Source: Poseidonia sp.
GTDB lineage: Archaea; Thermoplasmatota; Poseidoniia; Poseidoniales; Poseidoniaceae
Length of the DNA stretch: 64,000 nucleotides
Reading direction: 5' to 3'
Assembly (NCBI GenBank): GCA_965661285.1
Contig: CBFIDD010000001.1
Span: 1-64,000 of the forward strand
Within the stretch, counting starts at the first letter, position 1, and the number at the start of each line of letters is the position of its first letter. Position numbers and translations under genes: made by a program. Shown here piece after piece: positions 17,803-27,218 of this stretch. A model generated the notes under the pieces. It had not been told where the DNA came from. It was given only the letters and a program-made list of their open reading frames with translations, and did not search any database.

Positions 17803-18717
17803 CTGGCCGAGAACGTTCGGTTGTTTTTTCGAATCGGTTACCTCGGAGATGCCTATCATGGTAGCCAAATCCAACCCGATGTTCGCACGGTTCAAGGCGA
17901 ACTTATCCGAGTGTTCAGATCCCTCAAATGGCTCACAGGACCCAAAGAAGAACAACTCCTGGTTCTCTCGAGTCGGACCGATGCCGGCGTCCATGTCAGA
18001 ATCAACGGTGGTATTGTTGACTTGGACAAGACGTTGTGGGAAGCCCTTTCACCACGAAAGATGATTCGTGCCGTTGACGACCGCTTGGACAACAACATCG
18101 CCTTCCTCACCGTTGAAGAGGTCGACAACGCCTTCAACCCGCGCATGGCGCTCCACCGAACGTATCGATACAGACTCGAGGCGATGGAATTCTGGGTCGA
18201 ACCGAACGGCGAGGATTTTATGCGCTGGCTGAACCTTTTTGTGGGCACCTATGATGCGAGGAATTTTGCTCGACTTGAGGAAGGCAAAAACCCGATGCGA
18301 ACCGTGCTCGAAACCAAACCTTGGATGGACGGTGAGCGGTTGATTGGCTTCGAGGTCACCGGCGAAGCCTTTCTCTGGAACCAAGTGCGACGCATGGCCA
18401 ATGCATTGTTCCGCCTCGCCGTGGGCGAGATTGGAGAAGATGATGTTCGTCAAGCGATTGAGCAGCCCATGGATCCCGTAGATTTCGGCGTTGCACCTCC
18501 CGAATGGCTGGTGTTGTGGGGCGTGGCCTGGGAGCATGCCCCCCTTCCTGAGGAGAGCCACGGCACCCATTTCTCAGCACCACCAATCGGGAGGACAGCA
18601 GAGCGTACGCGCAACGGGCGATGGCGGCAGGCTGCCCAACACGAATTGAAGAGCATGCTGTACAACGAATGGGCCGAGATTGGCACCCTCCCGGTGGTCT
18701 ACCACCGCTCACAATGA
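17803..18717 (+). CDS. truA: tRNA pseudouridine(38-40) synthase
   Basis: IGYLGDAYHGSQIQP, SRTDAGVH, RTYRY, AFLWNQVRRM. The start is uncertain (CTG 17803 or TTG 17821). Confidence 0.92.
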   Translation: MAENVRLFFRIGYLGDAYHGSQIQPDVRTVQGELIRVFRSLKWLTGPKEEQLLVLSSRTDAGVHVRINGGIVDLDKTLWEALSPRKMIRAVDDRLDNNIAFLTVEEVDNAFNPRMALHRTYRYRLEAMEFWVEPNGEDFMRWLNLFVGTYDARNFARLEEGKNPMRTVLETKPWMDGERLIGFEVTGEAFLWNQVRRMANALFRLAVGEIGEDDVRQAIEQPMDPVDFGVAPPEWLVLWGVAWEHAPLPEESHGTHFSAPPIGRTAERTRNGRWRQAAQHELKSMLYNEWAEIGTLPVVYHRSQ

Positions 18718-19173
18718 GATGGTGATGCGGTCGCCGTCGTTGAGTTGAAGATGTTCGCGCAGGAATGCGGTGGAGATGACCTCAACGACATCAACATGGC
18801 GCGTCAAATCAGGAATCAACACCGCACAATCCACGGTTTGGTTGTCGTGATGAATCGTTCCTTTGAACGCCGTTGCACCGCCAAAGGAAACGCCGTCTCG
18901 AAGAAAGCCACGAATGCGAATGCCTTCGTAGGCGTCAACGTTGAGGTCTTTTGCGCGTTCCCGGTCAGCCTCAGGGGCATCGAGCGTGTCGATCCCTGCT
19001 TTTTGACGCAAAGCAATGTAGTGACTGAACATGGCATCGTCGATGTTCATGTTCAGGGTACCCGGCCAAGCCGTGTTCCCAAGAATCGCTCGAAACTGGT
19101 CCTGGTAGTGCGGTTGCGCCATGAACACATGGGCTCGCCCGAGCCCGCTGCTCACCGTACCCGAGAGGTCCAT
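18709..19173 (-). CDS. ribK: CTP-dependent riboflavin kinase (DUF120)
   Basis: GTVSSGLGRA, PGTLN, VEVISTAFLREHLQLNDGD. Confidence 0.9.
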   Translation of the reverse strand: MDLSGTVSSGLGRAHVFMAQPHYQDQFRAILGNTAWPGTLNMNIDDAMFSHYIALRQKAGIDTLDAPEADRERAKDLNVDAYEGIRIRGFLRDGVSFGGATAFKGTIHHDNQTVDCAVLIPDLTRHVDVVEVISTAFLREHLQLNDGDRITISL

Positions 19174-19257
19174 GACCCACGGTCAGGGCACTTCCCTTAT
19201 CATTATGCGTTCAAGCCTGATTGAACTCTTCATAAGGGCTCACACGATTTCCCTGAT

Positions 19258-19704
19258 ATGACCGAAGACAGACCAAATGACGAAAACGCAGGACAGGAAG
19301 ATAACCTCGCAAACGGGGAGAAATCAGTGGACGACGTTGAGGAATATGTCCTCGCTTTGAACCGCTTTGTCCATCTCGTTGAGCAGATGGAATGGCCCGA
19401 ACATTTCCGGCTCGTGGAAGACAAGAAGCAGTGCTTCGACGTGTTCCGCACGTATTGGCGACAACGCCATCGCCAGCGCAGAGAAAAGAACGAGCGTCGT
19501 GAACGGCACATGCACATGCGCTTCCAAGGCATGAGCAAAGAGGACGTACATCGATTCTTTCGCCAACGATTCAACCGTGAATACTTCGGCGAGGATGACC
19601 AGCCCGGTCTGAACATTGACCCGAATGGCCACGAGCCCGACGAAGAGCACACCGAAGCGTCAGCAAAGGAACGCCAACGGCGCTTTCGAGACGAATGGGC
19701 GTAG
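19258..19704 (+). CDS. Hypothetical highly charged protein
   Basis: 148 aa with an acidic N-terminus and Arg-rich core; fills the gap between genes. Confidence 0.65.
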   Translation: MTEDRPNDENAGQEDNLANGEKSVDDVEEYVLALNRFVHLVEQMEWPEHFRLVEDKKQCFDVFRTYWRQRHRQRREKNERRERHMHMRFQGMSKEDVHRFFRQRFNREYFGEDDQPGLNIDPNGHEPDEEHTEASAKERQRRFRDEWA

Positions 19705-19710
19705 CCGAAC

Positions 19711-20205
19711 TCACTGGTAAATTCCGGTGGCAAAGGCCAGGAACTCAACAGAGGCTTGCTTGCTCTTGTCGTTTTTTGCAAAGGAAATGACCGAGGTCTC
19801 AATGCGGATGTTCACAATGGAAGCGCAACCGAGTTGGTTGGCCTGTTGATGGAGACGCAGCAGGACTTCACGCCGTCCAAAATCCAAGACGGTGTCGTAG
19901 GATTGAAGTCGGCCGCCGAACAGACTCTTGAGCCACATGAAGAACATTTGACCCCACGAAGGACCAACGCAGATGCTCACGTGCAGAAGGGTTGAGGATG
20001 AAGCCCCCATGGTGGTCATCGAAGAAGACGTGGAGAGGTAGTTCTTGCTTTTGAGCAAGGAGCCATGCTGCTTCTCCTTACCGTCCAAGGCCCTGAGTAA
20101 GCGGCCCTGGTACCAACGGCCGAGCAACCACGAGGTGACCGGTATGAAGAGGGAGACGAGGATCGGAATGAGGATCCACGAAACGATGAGGAGAGCTTCA
20201 CGCAC
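19711..20205 (-). CDS. YbjQ-like (UPF0145) protein with N-terminal TM
   Basis: LKSLFGGRLQSY, GRREVLLRL, IVNIRIETS, EFLAFATG. Confidence 0.8.
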   Translation of the reverse strand: MREALLIVSWILIPILVSLFIPVTSWLLGRWYQGRLLRALDGKEKQHGSLLKSKNYLSTSSSMTTMGASSSTLLHVSICVGPSWGQMFFMWLKSLFGGRLQSYDTVLDFGRREVLLRLHQQANQLGCASIVNIRIETSVISFAKNDKSKQASVEFLAFATGIYQ

Positions 20206-20214
20206 GGTCTCGCC

Positions 20215-20553
20215 TCATTCAACGACAACAGCGGTCCCATAACTGAACAATTCTGAGGCTCCAGAAGCCACGTTCGACGTTGCGAAGCGAACGTTCACAA
20301 TGGCGTTTGCGCCCATGCTATGGGCCTCCATCATCATGCGCCGAAGGGCTTCGCCACGGGCCTCTTGGAGCAGTTGCGTGTAGGCTTTCAATTCACCACC
20401 AACGAGGTTCTTCAAGCCCGCACCGATGTCCTTGAAGACATTTTTTGACCGAACGGTTGAACCCGTAACCAAACCAAGCGAAGCGGTGATGGTTTTCCCG
20501 GGGATGGTTTCCACGTTCGACATGTGCAGCGCGATTTGGCTTCCTGCTTCCAT
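20215..20553 (-). CDS. YbjQ family (UPF0145) protein
   Basis: LGLVTGSTV, LKNLVGGELKAYT, GANAIVNVRF, YGTAV. Confidence 0.92.
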   Translation of the reverse strand: MEAGSQIALHMSNVETIPGKTITASLGLVTGSTVRSKNVFKDIGAGLKNLVGGELKAYTQLLQEARGEALRRMMMEAHSMGANAIVNVRFATSNVASGASELFSYGTAVVVE

Positions 20554-20678
20554 GGATGAATCACGCTCGACTCCCTTTAAAATTGATTCCTCTGGAAACT
20601 CATTGGTTTAAGAGAATTAAACCCAATCACGTCGCTCTATTGATAAAATTTCATATGCGCAATCGGCCTTGCTCGGTC
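20554..20678. promoter_or_regulatory. AT-rich divergent promoter region (YbjQ pair / membrane protein)
   Basis: TTTAAA on the minus strand about 25 nt above the YbjQ ATG; TTGATAAA about 30-40 nt above ATG 20679. Confidence 0.55.
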
Positions 20679-21542
20679 ATGGAACAATCTTCCGATGCAC
20701 TCGGCCCGACATGGCAGCAACCCCCAACAGAAATCAACGCTTTGACCTTGATGTTGTTTGCCCAATTTGGGGCGATTCTAACGATTGCGTCGTGGTTCTT
20801 GCCTGATGAACTCTCTGACTTTGAGGCACCGGTCATCGTGTTGCTTATCGGGATGACGGGCATCGGTTTGTTGCAACTCTTCAGAGTACGGCACGGCCGC
20901 TTGTTGACCTACCCCCTCATCGCGCTGCTCGCCGTTTCTTGGGTGCTTCTTGGTGAATTTGACCTGGAAGATGCCGTTTTCGTCACCGTCTTCATGAGCT
21001 TCACCTTTTCTTTCCTCCTGTATCTGCCCGCTCTCGGGTTCGATGAATTGGGTTTGAAGTTGAGCCGACCACGCCGCAAACTGCTCCTTTTGGTCATGCT
21101 CACCATCTTCGCCACGGTGTGGTTTGGCATGGACGCCCTCGGTTACGGTATATCCGGTGAAGCCGGTGTTTGGGACGAAGCCCTCGATGAAGACGTCATC
21201 GTCGCCCTATCAACCGCCGAGTTTGGTGCCGCGGCTGGAGCTGCCGTGCTCTTTGTAGCAGGCGTTCTCGGCGTGGTGCTCATCGGCGGGTTTGGAATCC
21301 AACTGGGACCGGTCAAGCCAGAACAAGCTGCGTTTGGCCTCGCTGTTGGCAACGGCCTCATGGTTCTGTTTTGGATACTGCTTGAAGAGGACCTCTCAAT
21401 TGAAGCCGTCCTTGATGCAACCGCCATCGGCGGGCTGATGTTTCTGCCAGTTCTGGGATTCTTCCGTCAACAGGCAGCGGTTGGGGGCACAGCCACGCCC
21501 GCCGGAGAATCCACCGCTCCGGCCGAGGAAGCCACGGTCTGA
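20679..21542 (+). CDS. Hypothetical polytopic membrane protein
   Basis: About 8 hydrophobic segments; start re-assigned to MEQSSD after an AT-rich promoter region. Confidence 0.7.
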   Translation: MEQSSDALGPTWQQPPTEINALTLMLFAQFGAILTIASWFLPDELSDFEAPVIVLLIGMTGIGLLQLFRVRHGRLLTYPLIALLAVSWVLLGEFDLEDAVFVTVFMSFTFSFLLYLPALGFDELGLKLSRPRRKLLLLVMLTIFATVWFGMDALGYGISGEAGVWDEALDEDVIVALSTAEFGAAAGAAVLFVAGVLGVVLIGGFGIQLGPVKPEQAAFGLAVGNGLMVLFWILLEEDLSIEAVLDATAIGGLMFLPVLGFFRQQAAVGGTATPAGESTAPAEEATV

Positions 21543-23039
21543 TCACAAAATGGGTTGGTTTCGTAGCCACTCAAGGTCCGAGATGTAGAGCTGACGAATA
21601 TCGTCAAGACCGAGCACCAACATGGCGAGGCGCTCAAGGCCCATGCCCCAGGCCAACACCGGAGAGGTGATGCCCAAGGGTTCGGTTACTTCCGGTCGGA
21701 AAATGCCAGCTCCACCAAGCTCGAGCCACTTTCCTCGCCACTTCACTTCAATTTCGAGGCTGGGTTCCGTATACGGGAAGTATGCTGGACGAACACGAAC
21801 CTCTGGATAGCCCATCTTTGCGTAGAACGTTTTGAGCGTGGTCACCAGCATTTGCAGATTGGCCCCTTCCTCCATGATGATGCCCTCGATTTGATGGAAC
21901 TCAGGAAGATGCGTTCGGTCAATGGCTTCTTTTCGAAACACACGGTCAACGGAGAAAACCCTGCAGGGTTCGGTTGGGTGCTCTGCGAGGTACTGGATGG
22001 TGTTCACCGTGGTGTGGGTGCGCAGCAACGGACGCTGTGAGACTTCGGTTGAGTACGAGCCTCCCCAGCCGGTGGAGCCGGTGTCGCCACCGTGTTCGTG
22101 AATGGCTTTCCAGGCTTGCATGACCTCTTCATCGAGGGCGATGGAGGAGGGATTGTCCAGGTAAAACGTGTCTTGCATTTCTCGGGCTGGATGGTCCTGA
22201 GGGATGAACAGCGCATCCATGTTCCATCCGGCAGATTGGACGTAATCATCCACGAGTTCGGAAAAGCCCATCTCAAGGAAGATGGCTCGTATGCGTTCGA
22301 TGAGAGCCTGCATGGGATGGCTGCGGCCCGTGCGAGGTGTTGCAGCCTCAAGCGAGACGTCAAAGGCTCGGAATTCAGCGGCCTTCCACGCCTCTCCTTG
22401 GAGCAGTTCAGGCGTCAGGTCGGTGATGACAACGGTTTCCTGAAGCTCGTCCGAGGACACGGCCTGACCCTCTGGGGTCAGACTCCAGTGGCGGACCGTC
22501 CGCTCAACGGTTTTGATCAAATTCTTCCGGGCACCAAAATGCTTCAACATCGCTTCATCAAGCGCGTCGTCTTGAGCAGGCAAGGAGGCCAAAAACGCTG
22601 TGCGTTGAGCGATAACATCGGTGATTTCATCGGGATTGTGTGCGACGAGCATGCCGCCTTCAATGGCAACACCGAGTTGCTTGAGGAGCCCGACGCCGGG
22701 TCCAGCCTCATGCCGCTCAAAGGCCGCTTGGAGCGCCTTCATCGAAGGGCCATCGCCCTCACTCTGCTGGTTCATCCACGACCAAATCCGATGTTCAAGC
22801 AGGCCCTGTTCGCTGGCTTCTTCTCCGGCAACATCCAAACTGATCTCGCGAAGCACCTGTTCATCCACGGCAACAAGCCCGTGATTTTGCAGGCCATGAC
22901 CTGCCCCTACAGCGACGGCTTGGTCGGTCCAATCGCAGGCTGCCAGGAGGCTCTCCAAATCCCAGAGACGCTCGGGTTCACTCAATTGCATAGCCCTGAG
23001 CATCCGTCGCTCAGGGTTCAGCAAATTTGGTGCACCCAT
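21543..23039 (-). CDS. pheS: Phenylalanine--tRNA ligase alpha subunit (archaeal type)
   Basis: HPAREMQDTF, LRTHTT, FRKEAIDRTHLPEFHQIEG, YFPYTEPS, WGMGLERL. Confidence 0.97.
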   Translation of the reverse strand: MGAPNLLNPERRMLRAMQLSEPERLWDLESLLAACDWTDQAVAVGAGHGLQNHGLVAVDEQVLREISLDVAGEEASEQGLLEHRIWSWMNQQSEGDGPSMKALQAAFERHEAGPGVGLLKQLGVAIEGGMLVAHNPDEITDVIAQRTAFLASLPAQDDALDEAMLKHFGARKNLIKTVERTVRHWSLTPEGQAVSSDELQETVVITDLTPELLQGEAWKAAEFRAFDVSLEAATPRTGRSHPMQALIERIRAIFLEMGFSELVDDYVQSAGWNMDALFIPQDHPAREMQDTFYLDNPSSIALDEEVMQAWKAIHEHGGDTGSTGWGGSYSTEVSQRPLLRTHTTVNTIQYLAEHPTEPCRVFSVDRVFRKEAIDRTHLPEFHQIEGIIMEEGANLQMLVTTLKTFYAKMGYPEVRVRPAYFPYTEPSLEIEVKWRGKWLELGGAGIFRPEVTEPLGITSPVLAWGMGLERLAMLVLGLDDIRQLYISDLEWLRNQPIL

Positions 23040-23100
23040 GATACCGCCAACGACGCCCTCGCTTTGAAATCACCGTTAACAATGCGAGGAAAGACGTGAA

Positions 23101-23478
23101 TCATTCTTCCTGTTCCCACAACTGAACGCCACAGTTCGGGCAGGTGAAAGCGTCGGGCTTCGGGCCGTCCTGAACGTGCACATGACCGCAAGGTCCGCAC
23201 AAGATGGAAGACCGAATCGGCTCGTCGAGCGTGACATCCACTCTGAACATGAAGCGACCGGCGTCGCGAAGTTGCTCACTGCCAGGCGCCCATTCCGCAA
23301 TCGCTTCGGGCGAAAGCCCGACCTGGCGGCTCATCGACATCCCGACCACAAAGAACACGATACCGAACAGGCCGACGGTCAGGGCCATCGGTCCGAGATT
23401 GGCCACACTCAACGAAGCGCCGAGGAAAATACAAACAAATCCGGTGATGAGAAAATTCTCTCGGTTCAACCGGCTCAT
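23101..23478 (-). CDS. Small membrane protein with C-terminal Zn ribbon
   Basis: Two TMs, then CGPC...CPNC. Confidence 0.75.
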   Translation of the reverse strand: MSRLNRENFLITGFVCIFLGASLSVANLGPMALTVGLFGIVFFVVGMSMSRQVGLSPEAIAEWAPGSEQLRDAGRFMFRVDVTLDEPIRSSILCGPCGHVHVQDGPKPDAFTCPNCGVQLWEQEE

Positions 23479-24770
23479 GCCTCAGCCCCCGTAGCCAATG
23501 CCAGGGCTTCAGCGACCCGCTCAACATCAGCCGTGGGAACAGCGCACAAACCGATGCGAACACCGCCGGTCAATGGCACCAAGTACACGTGTTGAGCAGC
23601 GCATGCTTCGGCGACCTCAACGGGATGTTCGCATTCATACCACGCAAAGAAGCCATCGTGGCTGGGATTGATGGCGACACCGTGCTCAGCGCAGGCTTGA
23701 ACAAATCGTTCTCGGCGTTGAGACAAGAGCGCTGCTAAACGGTCTCGCTCATTTGACCATGCCAAGCCGCCCTCGCTTGAGGCGTGCAATTCACTCAGGA
23801 CGTGTTGAGCGATGCGGGGGGCCGCCGACCATGTTTGCCGGCCGGTCACGCCCATCACGTCGTTGAGCCGTTGGACGCTGGACTTCTCGGGGTGAAGATA
23901 GACCAGCGCACCGGTGCGAAGACCGTAAATCGTGTGCGATTTTGAGAGTGAGAGCGCAAAACAAACGAGCAGGTTTTCTGGCCACGGCAATCCGTCGTTC
24001 AGGGCAACAGCAAGGGTCTCAGCCCAGCCGTGGGGCTCATCAGCGTACAGATGGTAGGCTGCATCCAGCAAGAGCGTATGACCGACGTGCTCGTTTCGTG
24101 TCGCACTTTCCATGAAAGCGTTGAAGAGGGCGTATCGACTCTCTGAGGTCAAGGACAACCCTGTCGGGTTGTGAGCGGGGTCGTTCAGCCACGCCATCAC
24201 GCTCGTTTGGGTTGAAGCGAGGTTGTTCAGCGAGGAGGAAAAGGCATCCAGATCGAGATGCGGCGTCGTCTCGTCATCCTCTGAAGGGAGCAGTGGATAG
24301 GTGACGGCGTTCAACCCGCACCCCCGCAAAAAACCTGCATATGGACCCCAATAGCGGTCCCTCAACAGCACGGCATCGCCCCGTTCAGCAAAATTCGATG
24401 CCGCAAGAAACAGAGCCCCGGAACCACCCGGCGTGGCCGTGGCGCCGGCGTGAACACCGAGGGATTCCAAATCGGGGCGGTGGTCGCCAAGCGCCAAGGA
24501 GACGGCCAAGTCGAGAAACGAAGGGAGTCCCTTGAGTGGAGCATAGGCAGCAAATTCAGGAGCCGGGGCCTTGCGAAGGGCCGAATCCACGACGTTGTTG
24601 ATGGCCAAGGAACCGTCGTCTTCCAGCAGCGCACCGACCGTACCGTTCACTGCGTGAGCACCGGCTGCGGCGGCGCTTTGATAGCGGGCGAGCCAACTGA
24701 AAATGACGTCGTTTCCAGTCTTTTCCTGCCCGTGTGTGGCGAGGTATTGCATGGCGCTCTCCTCGTCCAT
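23475..24770 (-). CDS. PLP-dependent aminotransferase class I/II
   Basis: TPGGSGAL, NDPAHNPTG, LDAAY, SLSKSHTIYGLRTG. Start re-assigned to MDEESA because the longer ORF crosses a tRNA. Confidence 0.9.
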   Translation of the reverse strand: MDEESAMQYLATHGQEKTGNDVIFSWLARYQSAAAAGAHAVNGTVGALLEDDGSLAINNVVDSALRKAPAPEFAAYAPLKGLPSFLDLAVSLALGDHRPDLESLGVHAGATATPGGSGALFLAASNFAERGDAVLLRDRYWGPYAGFLRGCGLNAVTYPLLPSEDDETTPHLDLDAFSSSLNNLASTQTSVMAWLNDPAHNPTGLSLTSESRYALFNAFMESATRNEHVGHTLLLDAAYHLYADEPHGWAETLAVALNDGLPWPENLLVCFALSLSKSHTIYGLRTGALVYLHPEKSSVQRLNDVMGVTGRQTWSAAPRIAQHVLSELHASSEGGLAWSNERDRLAALLSQRRERFVQACAEHGVAINPSHDGFFAWYECEHPVEVAEACAAQHVYLVPLTGGVRIGLCAVPTADVERVAEALALATGAEA

Positions 24771-24872
24771 GAGCCCCTCCAGTGGCTTCCTGCTTTTTGC
24801 TTTGACCATCTGTCCTGCATGCTGGAATGTTCCGCTTCCTTCATCAAGGGGTGGTGTCACCCGAAACACGAA

Positions 24873-24945
24873 GCCAACGTAGCACAGCTGGTAGTGCGTC
24901 TGATTTGTAATCAGACGGTCGGGGGTTCGAGTCCCTCCGTTGGCT
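24873..24945 (+). tRNA. tRNA-Thr(TGT)
   Basis: GCCAACG/CGTTGGC acceptor stem, TCTGA-TTTGTAA-TCAGA anticodon arm, GGTTCGAGTCC T-arm; CCA not encoded. Confidence 0.96.
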
Positions 24946-24999
24946 CTTTGCTCTTGATTCAAACAGTGTTTGAAATACTTGTGAATGGGGCTTTATCCC

Positions 25000-25230
25000 A
25001 TGCTAGAGTGCAACCTCGATGCGAAAGGAAAAGCAGCCCGACTTCTCGGCGGCATTGCCTCCGTCTTCGGAGCGCTCATTCTCGCTGCCCTGCTCGCTAC
25101 CGACACCATCGCTTTTGGATTGGGTTGGTATGCTGTAGCCGGTGCAGTTTTCGGCGGCGCCTTTGCCATCTTTGAAGCCCGAGCCGGATGGTGCATCGTG
25201 CGTGCCATAGGCATCAAGACCCCGCTATGA
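25000..25230 (+). CDS. Small membrane protein (DUF2892/YgaP-like)
   Basis: CNL...R, two TMs, C-terminal GWCIVRAIGIKT. Confidence 0.7.
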   Translation: MLECNLDAKGKAARLLGGIASVFGALILAALLATDTIAFGLGWYAVAGAVFGGAFAIFEARAGWCIVRAIGIKTPL

Positions 25231-25281
25231 AACGGGAAGGCCAAGGCGAACGCTCAAAGCGACCGCTCGGTTGGGCGACAT

Positions 25282-26172
25282 GTGCCAGCGCAACGATTGG
25301 ACGGGCGGGCGTGCGCCGACGAAGTTGAGCAAGAATTGCTCGGCCGAATTGAAGCGCTCCAAGCCCGAGGAATTGAGCCGCATCTTGCTGTTATCATCGT
25401 TGGCGACGACCCCGCTTCGCATGTTTACGTGAATTCCAAAGTCAAAACCTGCGCGAGACTGGGCATTCGGTCTACGCACATCGCGCTTGATGCAACCGAA
25501 GAGGAAGACACGCTCAGAGCCCACATCGAACGCCTGAACCACGCCGATGATGTGCACGGCATCTTGGTCCAATCACCGCTTCCCAGACACATGGACGAAG
25601 AGGGCATCACAGACCTGATTTCACCAGCAAAAGACGTCGACGGGTTTCATGTGAAAAACCTCGGGAGGTTGGTCCAAGGACGAACCGACGGCCTTCTCCC
25701 GTGCACCCCGAGCGGCGTCATGCGAATGCTGAAATGGGCCAACGTCAGACTTGAAGGAAAGCGAGCAGTTGTGCTTGGTCGCTCACGAATTGTGGGCATG
25801 CCTGCTGCGTTGCTTCTCGCCGCTCGCGGTGCGGATGCAACGGTCACCGTAGCCCATTCAAGAACGCAAGATGTCGAAGATGTTTGCAAAGAAGCCGACA
25901 TCTTGGTCGCTGCCGTTGGTCGGGCTGACATGGTGAAACCGTCGTGGGTGAAGCCCGGAGCCGTGGTGGTTGATGTTGGAATCAATCGCGTGGATGATGC
26001 AACCCGGGAGCGGGGCTGGCGCTTGGCAGGTGATGTTGACCCCGGCGTTTCCGAGGTTGCCAGTTGGCTTTCGCCCGTGCCGGGTGGTGTTGGACCCATG
26101 ACCATCGCCATGCTGATGGAAAACACCGTTCGTTCCGCTGAATTGACCGTGACCGGTGAAGAGAAGGGCTAA
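25282..26172 (+). CDS. folD: Bifunctional methylenetetrahydrofolate dehydrogenase/cyclohydrolase
   Basis: YVNSK, KDVDG, PCTP, GRSRIVG, DVGINR, PVPGGVGPMT. Confidence 0.96.
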   Translation: MPAQRLDGRACADEVEQELLGRIEALQARGIEPHLAVIIVGDDPASHVYVNSKVKTCARLGIRSTHIALDATEEEDTLRAHIERLNHADDVHGILVQSPLPRHMDEEGITDLISPAKDVDGFHVKNLGRLVQGRTDGLLPCTPSGVMRMLKWANVRLEGKRAVVLGRSRIVGMPAALLLAARGADATVTVAHSRTQDVEDVCKEADILVAAVGRADMVKPSWVKPGAVVVDVGINRVDDATRERGWRLAGDVDPGVSEVASWLSPVPGGVGPMTIAMLMENTVRSAELTVTGEEKG

Positions 26173-26196
26173 GACCAACACCGATGAACACGGCAT

Positions 26197-27180
26197 GTGG
26201 TCCACGACCCTCGAGCACCCCGTCTTGCAGCCGTAGCCACCCTAGGTGCCGCTGTCCTGGTTCTTCTCACGGCGTTGAATTTGGTCTTCAATCTCGTCGG
26301 CACCACCGGGTTGTCGATGGAGGATGGCGCCGCTGGTGCAGGTGTCGTCGTGCTGCTCGTGGTGGCCGCTTTGGCCAATAAAGAGCGAGAAATTCCCGAA
26401 CTCACAAGCAATATTCCTCAGCGGGATGTCGAAACCTTTGACGCCTTGACCATGTCCCGAACCGAGCCAGACCAAACGGAGGTGAATCCAACCACGGCGA
26501 CCATCCTTTCCAGTATCCTTGGCCAGCAGGTATCGGCCGACCAGCAGCAGGTGAATGCTGCCATTGATACACTTTCAGCCGGAACGTTCGGCGATTCGGT
26601 CCGCCAAACGATTGAGGCTGTGGAGATCGCCAATCAAAAACCCACCACGCCAAGGGAAGCCAGCCCTGCCGATGAAACGACGGGAGAAACGCTTGAACGA
26701 CTCGTTGTTCAATCGGTACCCCTCCCCGGGCAATCTCCGAGCACCGTGGTGGATCAGCGCTCCATCCCCGGTTTGGAGCCAAACAGGGTGTTCGTCACCG
26801 ACGGCGTCGAGCGTGTCCCGCTGCCCACCACCGAACTGTCCGCTCAAGAACCATCAACGCAAACAACGATCCCTCCGGAAGCGAGCCTTCCTGTGGCGAC
26901 ACCTCCAGAGACGGACCTTCGCTTGACACCGCCTCAGGAGACGAGCTTACCCCATGCCACGACGATTCCGGAATTGCCCGAATTGCCTGTCTTGCCCGAC
27001 ATGTTGGACTTGCCGGACCTTGACGAGGGGCAGAACGCTAGCGTGCAGGAGGCCTTCGTTCAACCCCCGACCATGGAACTTCCCGATTTGGACGATTTGT
27101 TTGCTGTAGATAACAACGCAACCCCCCCAACAGGCCATGACGAACTACCTGAACTGCCAGAATTGGATGATTTATTCTAA
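26197..27180 (+). CDS. Hypothetical membrane-anchored protein with Pro/acidic disordered tail
   Basis: Two N-terminal TMs; repeated LPELP / LDDLF motifs at the C-terminus. Confidence 0.7.
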   Translation: MVHDPRAPRLAAVATLGAAVLVLLTALNLVFNLVGTTGLSMEDGAAGAGVVVLLVVAALANKEREIPELTSNIPQRDVETFDALTMSRTEPDQTEVNPTTATILSSILGQQVSADQQQVNAAIDTLSAGTFGDSVRQTIEAVEIANQKPTTPREASPADETTGETLERLVVQSVPLPGQSPSTVVDQRSIPGLEPNRVFVTDGVERVPLPTTELSAQEPSTQTTIPPEASLPVATPPETDLRLTPPQETSLPHATTIPELPELPVLPDMLDLPDLDEGQNASVQEAFVQPPTMELPDLDDLFAVDNNATPPTGHDELPELPELDDLF

Positions 27181-27218
27181 ACACGAGGGTTCAAATCTTG
27201 CCCGCAACAGGGCAATAT

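Noticed and set aside
24771-24962. N-terminal extension of the aminotransferase ORF in the track (495 aa)
   Set aside because: It runs antisense through tRNA-Thr; the real start is likely 24770.
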